DNA of 59,242 nucleotides, taken from positions 1-59,242 of IMG/VR virus record IMGVR_UViG_3300046170_000277; one strand, given 5' to 3'. The position numbers and the translations under genes are program-made. Positions 51,128-59,012 of the stretch are shown piece after piece; position 1 is the stretch's first letter; every line of letters starts with the position of its first letter. The DNA comes from a virus (Duplodnaviria > Caudoviricetes). The notes under the pieces were generated by a model that saw only the letters and a program-made list of their open reading frames with translations, was not told the origin of the DNA and searched no databases.

Positions 51128-51172
51128 CTTTGTTACCTGGGGCACTTTATAAACTGGAATCTAAGAGGCTAA

Positions 51173-51703
51173 ATGGATCCAAATTCCATGATTCCACAAA
51201 CTGGAGAAGTTGCCATGCAAGGTACTGAAATCATTAGTGTTTTTGCAGATCTAGGGGGCACCTTGGGTGCCTTGGGGTTTGCCAGTTGGTTGTGTGTGTA
51301 TTTGCTGAAGATGCACGATTCAGAACGCCAGGAAATGAGGAAGGCATTCACGTCAGAGCGTGCCAGGGTGCAGGAAGAACGTGAAAAAGAACGTACTGAA
51401 TTTGCAGCAGAGCGTCAGCTACATTTGTCAAAAGATTCAGACAATGATGCAGCCATGCGTCAGAGCCTGGAGAAGTCACAAGAGCAGTTGCTTTCAGTAG
51501 TTGCAGCAAACCAGCAGCAGATGAAAGAACTTGGTGACATCATGAAGCAGCATTCAACAGATCTGAAGGCACTGATGCTGGAAATCAAGATGGCCATCCA
51601 CACAAGCTTTGAAAAGATTGAAGACAAGTGGGATGGGGCAGACAGACGGGGAAACGAGGAAAGGCGGACATCATCCACGTCACGTTCCAGAAAACAGGCA
51701 TAA
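51173..51703 (+). CDS. Single-TM coiled-coil protein (holin-associated candidate)
   Basis: TM LGGTLGALGFASWLCVYLL followed by coiled coil; near the lysis genes. Confidence 0.55.
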   Translation: MDPNSMIPQTGEVAMQGTEIISVFADLGGTLGALGFASWLCVYLLKMHDSERQEMRKAFTSERARVQEEREKERTEFAAERQLHLSKDSDNDAAMRQSLEKSQEQLLSVVAANQQQMKELGDIMKQHSTDLKALMLEIKMAIHTSFEKIEDKWDGADRRGNEERRTSSTSRSRKQA

Positions 51704-51740
51704 TTCTTTGAACATTAAATATTTCACATCATGGGAATAG

Positions 51741-51911
51741 ATGGAAGACAGAAGGGGTAATCCTGGCAGAAGAAGAAGTGATCCAAGTGCTGAAAGGTTG
51801 GTGGATTTAGTCACCCAAGTTCTTGGATCCTTAGAGGGTATTGCTTTGGCTATTGGTGAAGTCAGAAAAGAAATAGCAGAGCAAAACAAGCGGACTGATG
51901 GGGGGCATTAG
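51741..51911 (+). CDS. Small hypothetical protein
   Basis: MEDRRGNPGRRRSDPSAERLVDLV..., 56 aa. Confidence 0.45.
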   Translation: MEDRRGNPGRRRSDPSAERLVDLVTQVLGSLEGIALAIGEVRKEIAEQNKRTDGGH

Positions 51912-51961
51912 TTCATGTTTTTTTCATGGGGCATTTTTCAAACTCCACCTGGAGCAATTAA

Positions 51962-52324
51962 ATGACAGTGAAATCTTTTGATTTTGAAATAGTGCAGCAG
52001 CAAACCCATGACCTGGAAGTTGAATTCTATGATGCAGACAATCTGCCCAGAGCACTAACAGGGTTTGACTTTAAGCTGGACGCAAAGATAAATCCCAACT
52101 CACCAGAAACTGTGTTCAGCCTGACCAGTTCATCTGGCCAGATTGCTATTGATGGAACGGACACACACAAGCTTCATCTGTTGATAGATCACAGCATGTC
52201 CAAGCAGTTAAGCTTCACCAAAGCCTACTATGATCTGATCCTGTTTGACTCAGGAAAAACCACAGTGGAAGTGATCATGAGTGGCACCGTGACGTTGTCC
52301 AAGACCATCACACGTCTTCCATAA
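51962..52324 (+). CDS. BppU N-terminal-like virion protein
   Basis: DFEI.Q...LTGF...YYDL...V...GTV pattern. Confidence 0.65.
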   Translation: MTVKSFDFEIVQQQTHDLEVEFYDADNLPRALTGFDFKLDAKINPNSPETVFSLTSSSGQIAIDGTDTHKLHLLIDHSMSKQLSFTKAYYDLILFDSGKTTVEVIMSGTVTLSKTITRLP

Positions 52325-52379
52325 AAACCAAGGATCCTGGGCTTTCTTGGCCCAGGTATTCACATCATGGATATAGATC

Positions 52380-52754
52380 ATGGCAATTGTGGAATCATCA
52401 GAACATTTTTCCAGGGATGAATTGGCCTGCAGACACACAGATATTTGCTTGATGGAAGAATCTTTCCTTCAGAAGCTTGAAGCTATTCGTGAAGAATATG
52501 GAAAGCCCATGCGAATCACCAGTGCGTTCAGAGATGAAACCCATCCAGCCCAGGCCAGAAAATCCAACCCCAAAATGGGCTACCATACAAAGGGAAGAGC
52601 AGTGGATGTGCTGATCAGAGGAACTGATGCAGTGATCCTGCTGGAGATTGCTTTGAAGCATGGAATGCGTGGCATTGGAATCAATCAAAAAGGTGGATCT
52701 GGGCGTTTTCTTCATTTCGATGACCGTGACGAATATATGATTTGGAGTTACTAA
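52380..52754 (+). CDS. Endolysin, peptidase M15 family
   Basis: HFSRDELAC, ITSAFR, HTKGRAVD and FLHFD zinc peptidase motifs. Confidence 0.9.
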   Translation: MAIVESSEHFSRDELACRHTDICLMEESFLQKLEAIREEYGKPMRITSAFRDETHPAQARKSNPKMGYHTKGRAVDVLIRGTDAVILLEIALKHGMRGIGINQKGGSGRFLHFDDRDEYMIWSY

Positions 52755-52951
52755 TGGTCACAATAGTCACAATCATTTATGTGGCTGCTGTTGCGTGGCC
52801 ATTCGTGTACTGGATGACCAACTGATGCTGGTGTTTTGGTATCTGTATTTTGCTCTCATAGTTTGGGCAGGAACTACAGACACAATCATTTCACAGCCAG
52901 TTCAGTGTGGTCTGTATAATTGCTGAAACGAGGACAACCGAATGGGGCAGA

Positions 52952-53254
52952 ATGAAAACTTGGATTATACTTTTGGCAGGTTTGCTGGTTGGCTGTTCTG
53001 ATGGTGGAGGAACTAAAGACACAGAAAAGTCACCACCCATCAACATCAACATTTCCAACGTCAATGGGAATGAAATTGAAGTCAGGTTGAGTAGTAAGGA
53101 AGCAGGGGATAATGTGACAGTCACCACCACAGTCACACAGTCAGACAATGAAACAGAAGTCGAGTGCACTGTCTTGAGCAGTGACAATGGCTCTGACAAT
53201 GTGACCTGTCCAGACAATGTAACAGCAGGGCTGAAACTATGGTTGGACTACTAA
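52952..53254 (+). CDS. Predicted lipoprotein
   Basis: MKTWIILLAGLLVG|C lipobox; in the lysis region. Confidence 0.65.
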   Translation: MKTWIILLAGLLVGCSDGGGTKDTEKSPPININISNVNGNEIEVRLSSKEAGDNVTVTTTVTQSDNETEVECTVLSSDNGSDNVTCPDNVTAGLKLWLDY

Positions 53255-53616
53255 CACCACTGATCAGTTTGGCCACAACATGGTTTGATGGTCAGCAAAA
53301 AAAGAGTGAAGCCAAAGTCCAGGCTGAAGTAGCACTCAAACAGGCTGAAGCTGAAGTGTTCAAGCGGAAGGCAACATCAGAAGCTGATTGGGATCTGGAA
53401 GCCATGCGTGGTTCCCAGGGTAGTTGGAAAGACGAAGTGCTCCTGGTTGTTTTTCTGGTGCCATTTTTAGCCAGTTTCATTGGGCCACTTCAGCCTTATG
53501 TTGTGGCTGGTTTTGGAATCCTGGCAGACACACCAGAATGGTACAGATATTCTCTGGGAGTGATGGTTGCAGCCAGCTTTGGGGTCAGGAATTTCATGAA
53601 GGTGATGAAGAGGTAA
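53239..53616 (+). CDS. Holin-like membrane protein
   Basis: SWKDE then two TM segments, P.WY and ASFG.R motifs. Confidence 0.7.
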   Translation: MVGLLTPLISLATTWFDGQQKKSEAKVQAEVALKQAEAEVFKRKATSEADWDLEAMRGSQGSWKDEVLLVVFLVPFLASFIGPLQPYVVAGFGILADTPEWYRYSLGVMVAASFGVRNFMKVMKR

Positions 53617-53617
53617 C

Positions 53618-54031
53618 ATGGCAACAGCAGCAGCAACCAAAAACAAGCCAGCCTTGTGGAAGCGGATTGTTGCACAGGTTAAGTCAGAGAATACTGCAGG
53701 CACTGGAAGTGGTCGCTGGAGTGCCAGGAAAGCACAGTTGGCAGTGGCCAGATACAAAAAAGCAGGCGGATCCTACAAGGGCCGCAAAAGTGGAAAAAAC
53801 TCTTTAAGTAGATGGTCAAAACAGAAATGGAGAACTTCAGACGGTTCACCATCCAGATCAAAGGGCAAAGCCACCAAACGCTACTTACCAGACAAAGCCT
53901 GGAAGTCGATGTCCGCTTCAGAGAAGCGTTCAGCTAACAGATCCAAGGCTGCTGGTGATCGCAAAGGCAAGGCTGTGGTCAGCCTACCAAAGAAGCTGAA
54001 GAAGAAGGTGGCAAGACATCGAAAAGGCTGA
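53618..54031 (+). CDS. DUF5872-like basic protein
   Basis: G.WSARKAQL....YKKAGG.Y, L..W.KQKWRT and RYLP..AW motifs. Confidence 0.8.
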   Translation: MATAAATKNKPALWKRIVAQVKSENTAGTGSGRWSARKAQLAVARYKKAGGSYKGRKSGKNSLSRWSKQKWRTSDGSPSRSKGKATKRYLPDKAWKSMSASEKRSANRSKAAGDRKGKAVVSLPKKLKKKVARHRKG

Positions 54032-54085
54032 ATGGAAGTTAGTGGAAGGGCTGTGGTGTTCTGGGCTTGGGGCGTTAAATGCTCA

Positions 54086-54126
54086 GAAGGCACGTCAGCA
54101 GCCTTTTTCCACTGACAGGTGCCTTC
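54086..54126. terminator. Hairpin between convergent late and early transcription units
   Basis: GAAGGCAC-GTCAG...CTGAC-(AG)-GTGCCTTC; no clear U tract. Confidence 0.4.
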
Positions 54127-54156
54127 AATTGATCTTCAGAAGAAATCCTGCTGAAG

Positions 54157-54387
54157 CTAGTTCTGAATGATCAAATCCTCCCATTTGAATCTGGTGCTAC
54201 AGCCAGGAAGTTCATCATCCAAATTTTTTCTGATACTCATTGGCAACTGGCGCATGGCTTGATTTTGAACTGTCTTGATCAGCTTGCCCTTGCTTGAATT
54301 CTGCAGCAAATTTTCCTCCACTTCCACATCCACCAGCACACTGGTCTGTTTCACCATTTCCACTGGAACACGTACCTGGATTTTCAA
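54157..54387 (-). CDS. Hypothetical protein
   Basis: TTG start overlaps the HNH stop; GGAGG SD. Confidence 0.5.
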   Translation of the reverse strand: MKIQVRVPVEMVKQTSVLVDVEVEENLLQNSSKGKLIKTVQNQAMRQLPMSIRKNLDDELPGCSTRFKWEDLIIQN

Positions 54388-54905
54388 GCGGCCTCCCTGG
54401 TTCTGCGATTGTTGTTTTGCGTCTTTGCATCTGCCCACCTGAGATTTCCTGGTTCATAGTTTCCATCATTGTTGATGCGGTCTAATGAATGGCCATCTGG
54501 TCTTGGGCCAAGCTTGGTTTCTATCCATGTGACAAAGGCTTCTGCATCATTGAACCACGCAGGATCCATTTGAATGCCACGTCCACCATAGTCTTTGAAG
54601 CGTTTGTGATTTGGGTTGGTGGTTATTTGTTTGATCCGATTCCAGATTGAGTACAAACGGTGATATGCTAGGCCATGCTTTGTGGCATACTGCTGACCTT
54701 TATGCCTTTCAGAAGTGAGTTCACGTTGTAAGCAGCCACAGCTTTGAGTTTTGCCACTTCTAAGAAGCCTTCCATCTACAACTTTCATGGTTCCACAATC
54801 ACACTGGCAAAGCCATTTAGCCATACCACGTTTGCTGTTTTCGGCACGTTCCAGAACCACCAATCTGGTGAAGAGTTTTCCAGTTAAGTCTTTTAATGCG
54901 CTCAT
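54384..54905 (-). CDS. HNH homing-type endonuclease with N-terminal Cys domain
   Basis: DLTGK.F.RL.V, WLCQCDCG, SCGC, YGGRGI and SLDRINNDGNYEPGNLRWAD...N.N. Confidence 0.9.
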   Translation of the reverse strand: MSALKDLTGKLFTRLVVLERAENSKRGMAKWLCQCDCGTMKVVDGRLLRSGKTQSCGCLQRELTSERHKGQQYATKHGLAYHRLYSIWNRIKQITTNPNHKRFKDYGGRGIQMDPAWFNDAEAFVTWIETKLGPRPDGHSLDRINNDGNYEPGNLRWADAKTQNNNRRTREAA

Positions 54906-54931
54906 AATTTCAGAAGTAGTTTTGGGTGGGG

Positions 54932-55083
54932 TAGAAGCAGGACAGCTTGGAAGACGTAGGCAGAAGTGGATGTCACAACATAAACACCCACAAAATCTTC
55001 TGTATTGCTTTGGCACAACATGGGTTCCAGATGGCCGATAGCTTGACATCTGGCAGATAAAAAAGCCTTGGCCCTGCTTCCTA
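54932..55083 (-). ncRNA. Candidate multibranched structured RNA in the leader of the HNH gene
   Basis: Closing stem GAAGCAGGGC/GUCCUGCUUC encloses three hairpins; G-U pairs favour the - strand; TTGACA upstream at 55104-55109. Confidence 0.5.
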
Positions 55084-55143
55084 TCAACCACACCAGGGAT
55101 TACTGTCAAAAAGAAATGCAGTGATGTGGTCAATTCCTGGTAT

Positions 55144-55596
55144 TCAGATGGTGACTGGTGTGGATCCTTCTGGCACTTCTGCCACTTCTGGGTCAGATGG
55201 TGCTTTCAGATCCAGGGTGGCTTGTGCTTCAGCTTCAGCCTGTTGTTTCTTGGCAATTTCAGTGGCTTCTTCCATAGCTTCTTCAATCACTTCTGGTGTG
55301 ACAGGTTCTGGCTCTGGTTTGGTTTCCACCACGTTCCATGATTGGATCAGTTGTCCAGCCAGTTCTGTGGTGCAGTCCAGAAGCACTTTGTTGTCATTGC
55401 CATTCTTGAAGCCAACCATGATTTGAAGCCTTTGAATGCCATTGCCCAGATCTTCAGAATCCACCACAGGATGGTTCTTTTCTGGGTTCACCAGCTTGGG
55501 TGCATGTTGAAGGGAAAGCCCTTTCTTCTCCAGTTGTGCTTCATGGGCTGCTTCCAGTGCCAGCAGCAGGTTTTCAGTGTTGATGGTTTTGGTCAT
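55144..55596 (-). CDS. Acidic hypothetical protein
   Basis: AGGA SD; operon context. Confidence 0.6.
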   Translation of the reverse strand: MTKTINTENLLLALEAAHEAQLEKKGLSLQHAPKLVNPEKNHPVVDSEDLGNGIQRLQIMVGFKNGNDNKVLLDCTTELAGQLIQSWNVVETKPEPEPVTPEVIEEAMEEATEIAKKQQAEAEAQATLDLKAPSDPEVAEVPEGSTPVTI

Positions 55597-55606
55597 TTGG
55601 ATCCTT

Positions 55607-56074
55607 TCACCAAGTTTGTGGATCTGGCTGGTCAAAGTTGAACCACCAGCCAATCAGATTCTCATCCATGTCATGCCATCCAGCCCAATGTGGCTTCCCA
55701 AAACGGTAGCCATCTGGCTTGTTGGGACTGTTGTCAATCACATCCATCATTTCATCAAACAGAAAAAGGCATTCATCATTGTATTCTTCACCTTCCCTGG
55801 CCCAGAAAAGATGATCATGATTCTGGAAAGCTTCCACAGGCACAGGAAAATCATCAGCCTTGATCAACTGAGCCAGTGCCATTGGATGGCAGAACAGCAT
55901 TTCCTTCAGCAGTGCTGTGAAAACTGTGTAGGCTGAATCTGTTTGGAAGGTGCAGATGATTTTGTTTTCCAGCCCAGAATCCAGATCCAAGTGCTTCATG
56001 ATATTGCTCTGATGAGCCAGGAAGTCATCCCTGTGGTGCAAGTAAATCTGCAGACCTTTCGTGAATTCTAACAT
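55607..56074 (-). CDS. Acidic hypothetical protein
   Basis: PDGYRFG...IGWW motif; overlaps the upstream stop. Confidence 0.65.
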   Translation of the reverse strand: MLEFTKGLQIYLHHRDDFLAHQSNIMKHLDLDSGLENKIICTFQTDSAYTVFTALLKEMLFCHPMALAQLIKADDFPVPVEAFQNHDHLFWAREGEEYNDECLFLFDEMMDVIDNSPNKPDGYRFGKPHWAGWHDMDENLIGWWFNFDQPDPQTW

Positions 56075-56502
56075 GCTACTTCCAGGGCTAGTGATGGCTG
56101 AATTTCTTCCACCTGGAAGCAGTCTTTCAGCATTGCTTCAACAGTGGTGATGGGTCGAAGTCTGGAATCAAAACACAGCTTGTATCCACGCACCTGGAGC
56201 AGTCCACGCAATCCTTCCCAGGATGTTCTGCGTATTCTGCGTTTTACTTTCTTGAAGTTCTGGAAGACATCTTCAGCAGTGATTTGCCAAGCACCTTGAT
56301 GATAAATCAGCAGTGCGTTGTTTGATGGTGGCCAGGATGTTCTTCTGAGTTCCAGCCTGGGTTCTTTGCGTTGTCGATCACCCAAAGAAATCACCAACTT
56401 CTTTCCACCCTTCCGTAGAGTATGGCCAGCTTCACGCTCTATCTGCCACATCAATCTGGCCAACAGATCCACGTTCAGCCAGATCCTTTTGTTTGGTTCC
56501 AC
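56068..56502 (-). CDS. Basic hypothetical protein
   Basis: GGAG SD and AAACCCAAACC leader. Confidence 0.6.
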   Translation of the reverse strand: MEPNKRIWLNVDLLARLMWQIEREAGHTLRKGGKKLVISLGDRQRKEPRLELRRTSWPPSNNALLIYHQGAWQITAEDVFQNFKKVKRRIRRTSWEGLRGLLQVRGYKLCFDSRLRPITTVEAMLKDCFQVEEIQPSLALEVAC

Positions 56503-56523
56503 ATGTTCTCCAATGGTTTGGGT

Positions 56524-56748
56524 TTAGTACACAAACCAGATGAAGCGTTCACCCACTTCAAAGGTTGTGCAGGCATCACATGGTTGACGTGATGCTTTCA
56601 ATGCCCTGGCACTGTCAGCAGATTCCAGGGCACCAAGTAAATTGATTCTCTTCAGTCCACTTTTAATGTTCCTGTCAGCCGATTGCCCACCAGATTGTGC
56701 GTGGTGGCAGGCTTTGCACAGCAACAGGTGCTGCTTGACTTTCAGCAT
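56524..56748 (-). CDS. Small Zn-finger-like protein
   Basis: CKAC...PCDAC....GERF. Confidence 0.6.
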   Translation of the reverse strand: MLKVKQHLLLCKACHHAQSGGQSADRNIKSGLKRINLLGALESADSARALKASRQPCDACTTFEVGERFIWFVY

Positions 56749-56996
56749 AAATAGGTTGCAGCAATTGGCGCATGGCAGCAGAACGCTTCATGTTCCAGTT
56801 TTGTTTTGCTCTCCAATGGTTAGAAATCTTTCTTGGTATAATAGTCATCCAATGACTCCAGTGAAGGTTTGGGTTAGTTGTCTATCCACTTCATGTGAAT
56901 AAAGACCGTGAACGTGACAGTGGGGAGTTGAGAAAACCACTGCATTGTTTCGCCACCACCTGGATTGGGAGGGAGAAACCAAAGGGAGAAGTCATG

Positions 56997-57197
56997 TCAG
57001 AAGGGCAACTTCTGATTCATGAATTGGGTGAAAGTCCAGGTGGTAGTTCTCACGGTCTTCAGTGCCTGCACTCTGAGGTTCTCTGACTTGCCCAGATGAA
57101 GAACTAGCAAGCCATCTTCCACCCAGACAACAGCCAGGGCTGGCTGCTCTATGGGTGACACAGTCTGAAGCAGACTATGCACTTCACGTGTATTCAT
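56997..57197 (-). CDS. Hypothetical protein
   Basis: Starts 1 bp after the upstream stop. Confidence 0.5.
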   Translation of the reverse strand: MNTREVHSLLQTVSPIEQPALAVVWVEDGLLVLHLGKSENLRVQALKTVRTTTWTFTQFMNQKLPF

Positions 57198-57198
57198 G

Positions 57199-57408
57199 TC
57201 AATCTGTTTCCACCAGATTCATCATCAGATTGTGCTGTTCACACATGTGATGAAGTTGATCCCAATCACCAATGACTCTGACTTTGGTGGTGTTGGTCTT
57301 TCTGTCCTGGGTGGCTTTGAGTGCTTGAAATCCATGAACACGTGATAGTGTCAGGATTGCCTGCCAATGCAGTTGGCCATGAATATGAAGCAGTTGCTGT
57401 GATTGCAT
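57199..57408 (-). CDS. Hypothetical protein
   Basis: AACCCAAACC leader and AGGA SD. Confidence 0.55.
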   Translation of the reverse strand: MQSQQLLHIHGQLHWQAILTLSRVHGFQALKATQDRKTNTTKVRVIGDWDQLHHMCEQHNLMMNLVETD

Positions 57409-57575
57409 GGTGATCTTCCTGGTGGTGGTTTGGGTTGTGTGCTGGCCCTTAAAATCCCAGCACACTACTTGAAAGGTGGCGTTCCTCAACAACACCATTC
57501 AAGGTTCATCAAGAATAACAAATCAGTTCTGATCAATCAAGTCAAATTACTGATTTAATTATTCTTATCATGGTT

Positions 57576-57947
57576 TTAGGCTGGCACTGCTTCAGCAGTT
57601 GTCACACCAAGCTTTTCCAGCTTTTGGGTGTTAGCCAATAAGCTTTCCAGGTGCTTGATTCTGTCCAGCAGCAATTGCTTTTCCTCATTTTCCAGCTTCT
57701 TTGTTGAACGCATTCCGCCAATCCCATACAGCAGCCATTGTGTGTTGTAGCCCAGACGTGCAAGGCCAGCCAGCACACTTTTGGGAATATCACGTTCACA
57801 GTTAGGGTGAAGAATATTTCCCAGAACCTGTGGGCTGATGCCCAGGGCTTCACACCATGCTGTTTTGGTGTGGTATGGGCTGCTTTCGTAGATTTGCATC
57901 AGCCTTTCAATCACTGCTGATCTAAAAGAGATTTTTTGATGTTTCAT
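57576..57947 (-). CDS. XRE-like HTH protein, paralog of the regulator at 2-322
   Basis: KTAWCEALGISPQVLGNIL...RDIPKSVLAGLARLGYNTQWLLYGIGGMR. Confidence 0.75.
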   Translation of the reverse strand: MKHQKISFRSAVIERLMQIYESSPYHTKTAWCEALGISPQVLGNILHPNCERDIPKSVLAGLARLGYNTQWLLYGIGGMRSTKKLENEEKQLLLDRIKHLESLLANTQKLEKLGVTTAEAVPA

Positions 57948-57984
57948 GGCACGTGTCTCCAGGTTTAGAGTTTCTAGTTGATAA

Positions 57985-58033
57985 GCTTCCAATTGAAGCA
58001 TCAGAGCCACCCTGGTGGATGGCCCTTGTGCTT
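57985..58033 (-). repeat. Structured element, copy 9
   Basis: AAGCA CA AGGGCC..GGCTCT GA TGCTTC aattg GAAGC. Confidence 0.9.
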
Positions 58034-58036
58034 AAA

Positions 58037-58615
58037 TCAGCACTTAACTGAATCATAGAGGTAAGTGGCTGCTTCCTGCAGTTCTTCAGCATACTTGCGT
58101 GGAAGATCAAACATCTTGGAATCATCACAGTAAGTGTGGCACAGATGCCCCCAATCTTTTCTGGCCCATCCAATGGTTTCCAGTGGGTAGCTATTCCCAT
58201 CAATCAGCTTGACCAGGGCAGTGAATCTGGTGCTGCCAGCTTTCTGAAGTTCCAGAATCTTGGCTTCCAGGGCTTCAGCACGTCTGTTTTGCATGAAGTC
58301 TTTGGAGTAGTCTGCCCACTCATGGGTTGGCTCCAGCCTTTTGAAGATTCTTGACCACTTCAGCAGATTGGTGACATGTGCGTGCTCACCAGATGCAGTC
58401 ATAGAACCGGATAGCATCAGATCCACACTGATGACTGTTTCACCTATGCTTTCCATGTAGGCTATTTCACCCACCACAGCTTCATTGATGCTGGTGTAGG
58501 TTGGTCTTTCCTCACCCATGCAGTTTTCATCTAGTTCACAGGTCAGTTCTGGTGTGTAGATGGTTGCGTTTTCGGTCTTGCTGGCTGACATGTAGAAAGT
58601 GATATATGCGCCCAT
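58037..58615 (-). CDS. Hypothetical early protein flanked by near-identical element copies
   Basis: AGGAG SD; 192 aa. Confidence 0.7.
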   Translation of the reverse strand: MGAYITFYMSASKTENATIYTPELTCELDENCMGEERPTYTSINEAVVGEIAYMESIGETVISVDLMLSGSMTASGEHAHVTNLLKWSRIFKRLEPTHEWADYSKDFMQNRRAEALEAKILELQKAGSTRFTALVKLIDGNSYPLETIGWARKDWGHLCHTYCDDSKMFDLPRKYAEELQEAATYLYDSVKC

Positions 58616-58645
58616 TGTGTTTCTCCTGGTGGTTGGTTTGGATTA

Positions 58646-58695
58646 GCTTCATGATTGAAGCATAAGAGCCACCCTGGTGGATGGCCCTTGTGCTT
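58646..58695 (-). repeat. Structured element, copy 10
   Basis: Differs from copy 9 at one base over about 47 bp. Confidence 0.9.
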
Positions 58696-58698
58696 AAA

Positions 58699-58902
58699 TC
58701 AAGCTGTGACCTGAGCAATCCACTTTTTTCCATCCTCTTCACCACCAAACCAAACTTGGCCTTTGGCGTTTTTAATATCAACAGTGGTCAGTTTGTAGTT
58801 GTTCAGTACCATCCATGCAGCCATTGCCATTCTGAAATCAGAATCCATGTGTGGGCAAAGTACATTCAGTCTTTCTACGAAGAAGTTGAATTTTTCTTTC
58901 AT
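58699..58902 (-). CDS. Hypothetical early protein
   Basis: GGAG SD; first gene after the promoter. Confidence 0.65.
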   Translation of the reverse strand: MKEKFNFFVERLNVLCPHMDSDFRMAMAAWMVLNNYKLTTVDIKNAKGQVWFGGEEDGKKWIAQVTA

Positions 58903-58957
58903 TGTCAGTCTCCAGTGTTGGTTGGTTTGGGTCAGTTGCGTTGTGCAACTGAGAATA

Positions 58958-58986
58958 ATTCTATACACGTGGCGTTTAAATAGCAA
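58958..58986 (-). promoter_or_regulatory. sigma70-like early promoter with degenerate operator
   Basis: TTGCTA-17 bp-TAGAAT; TACACGTGGCGTTTA in the spacer. Confidence 0.7.
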
Positions 58987-59012
58987 GAAAAAAAATGAAG
59001 TTTTGTGAAAAA

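Noticed and set aside
20474-58695. Repeated element as a simple rho-independent terminator
   Set aside because: No U tract follows on the coding strand (an A/C-rich box does), and the downstream genes have no separate promoter. Termination of opposing + strand transcription is not excluded.
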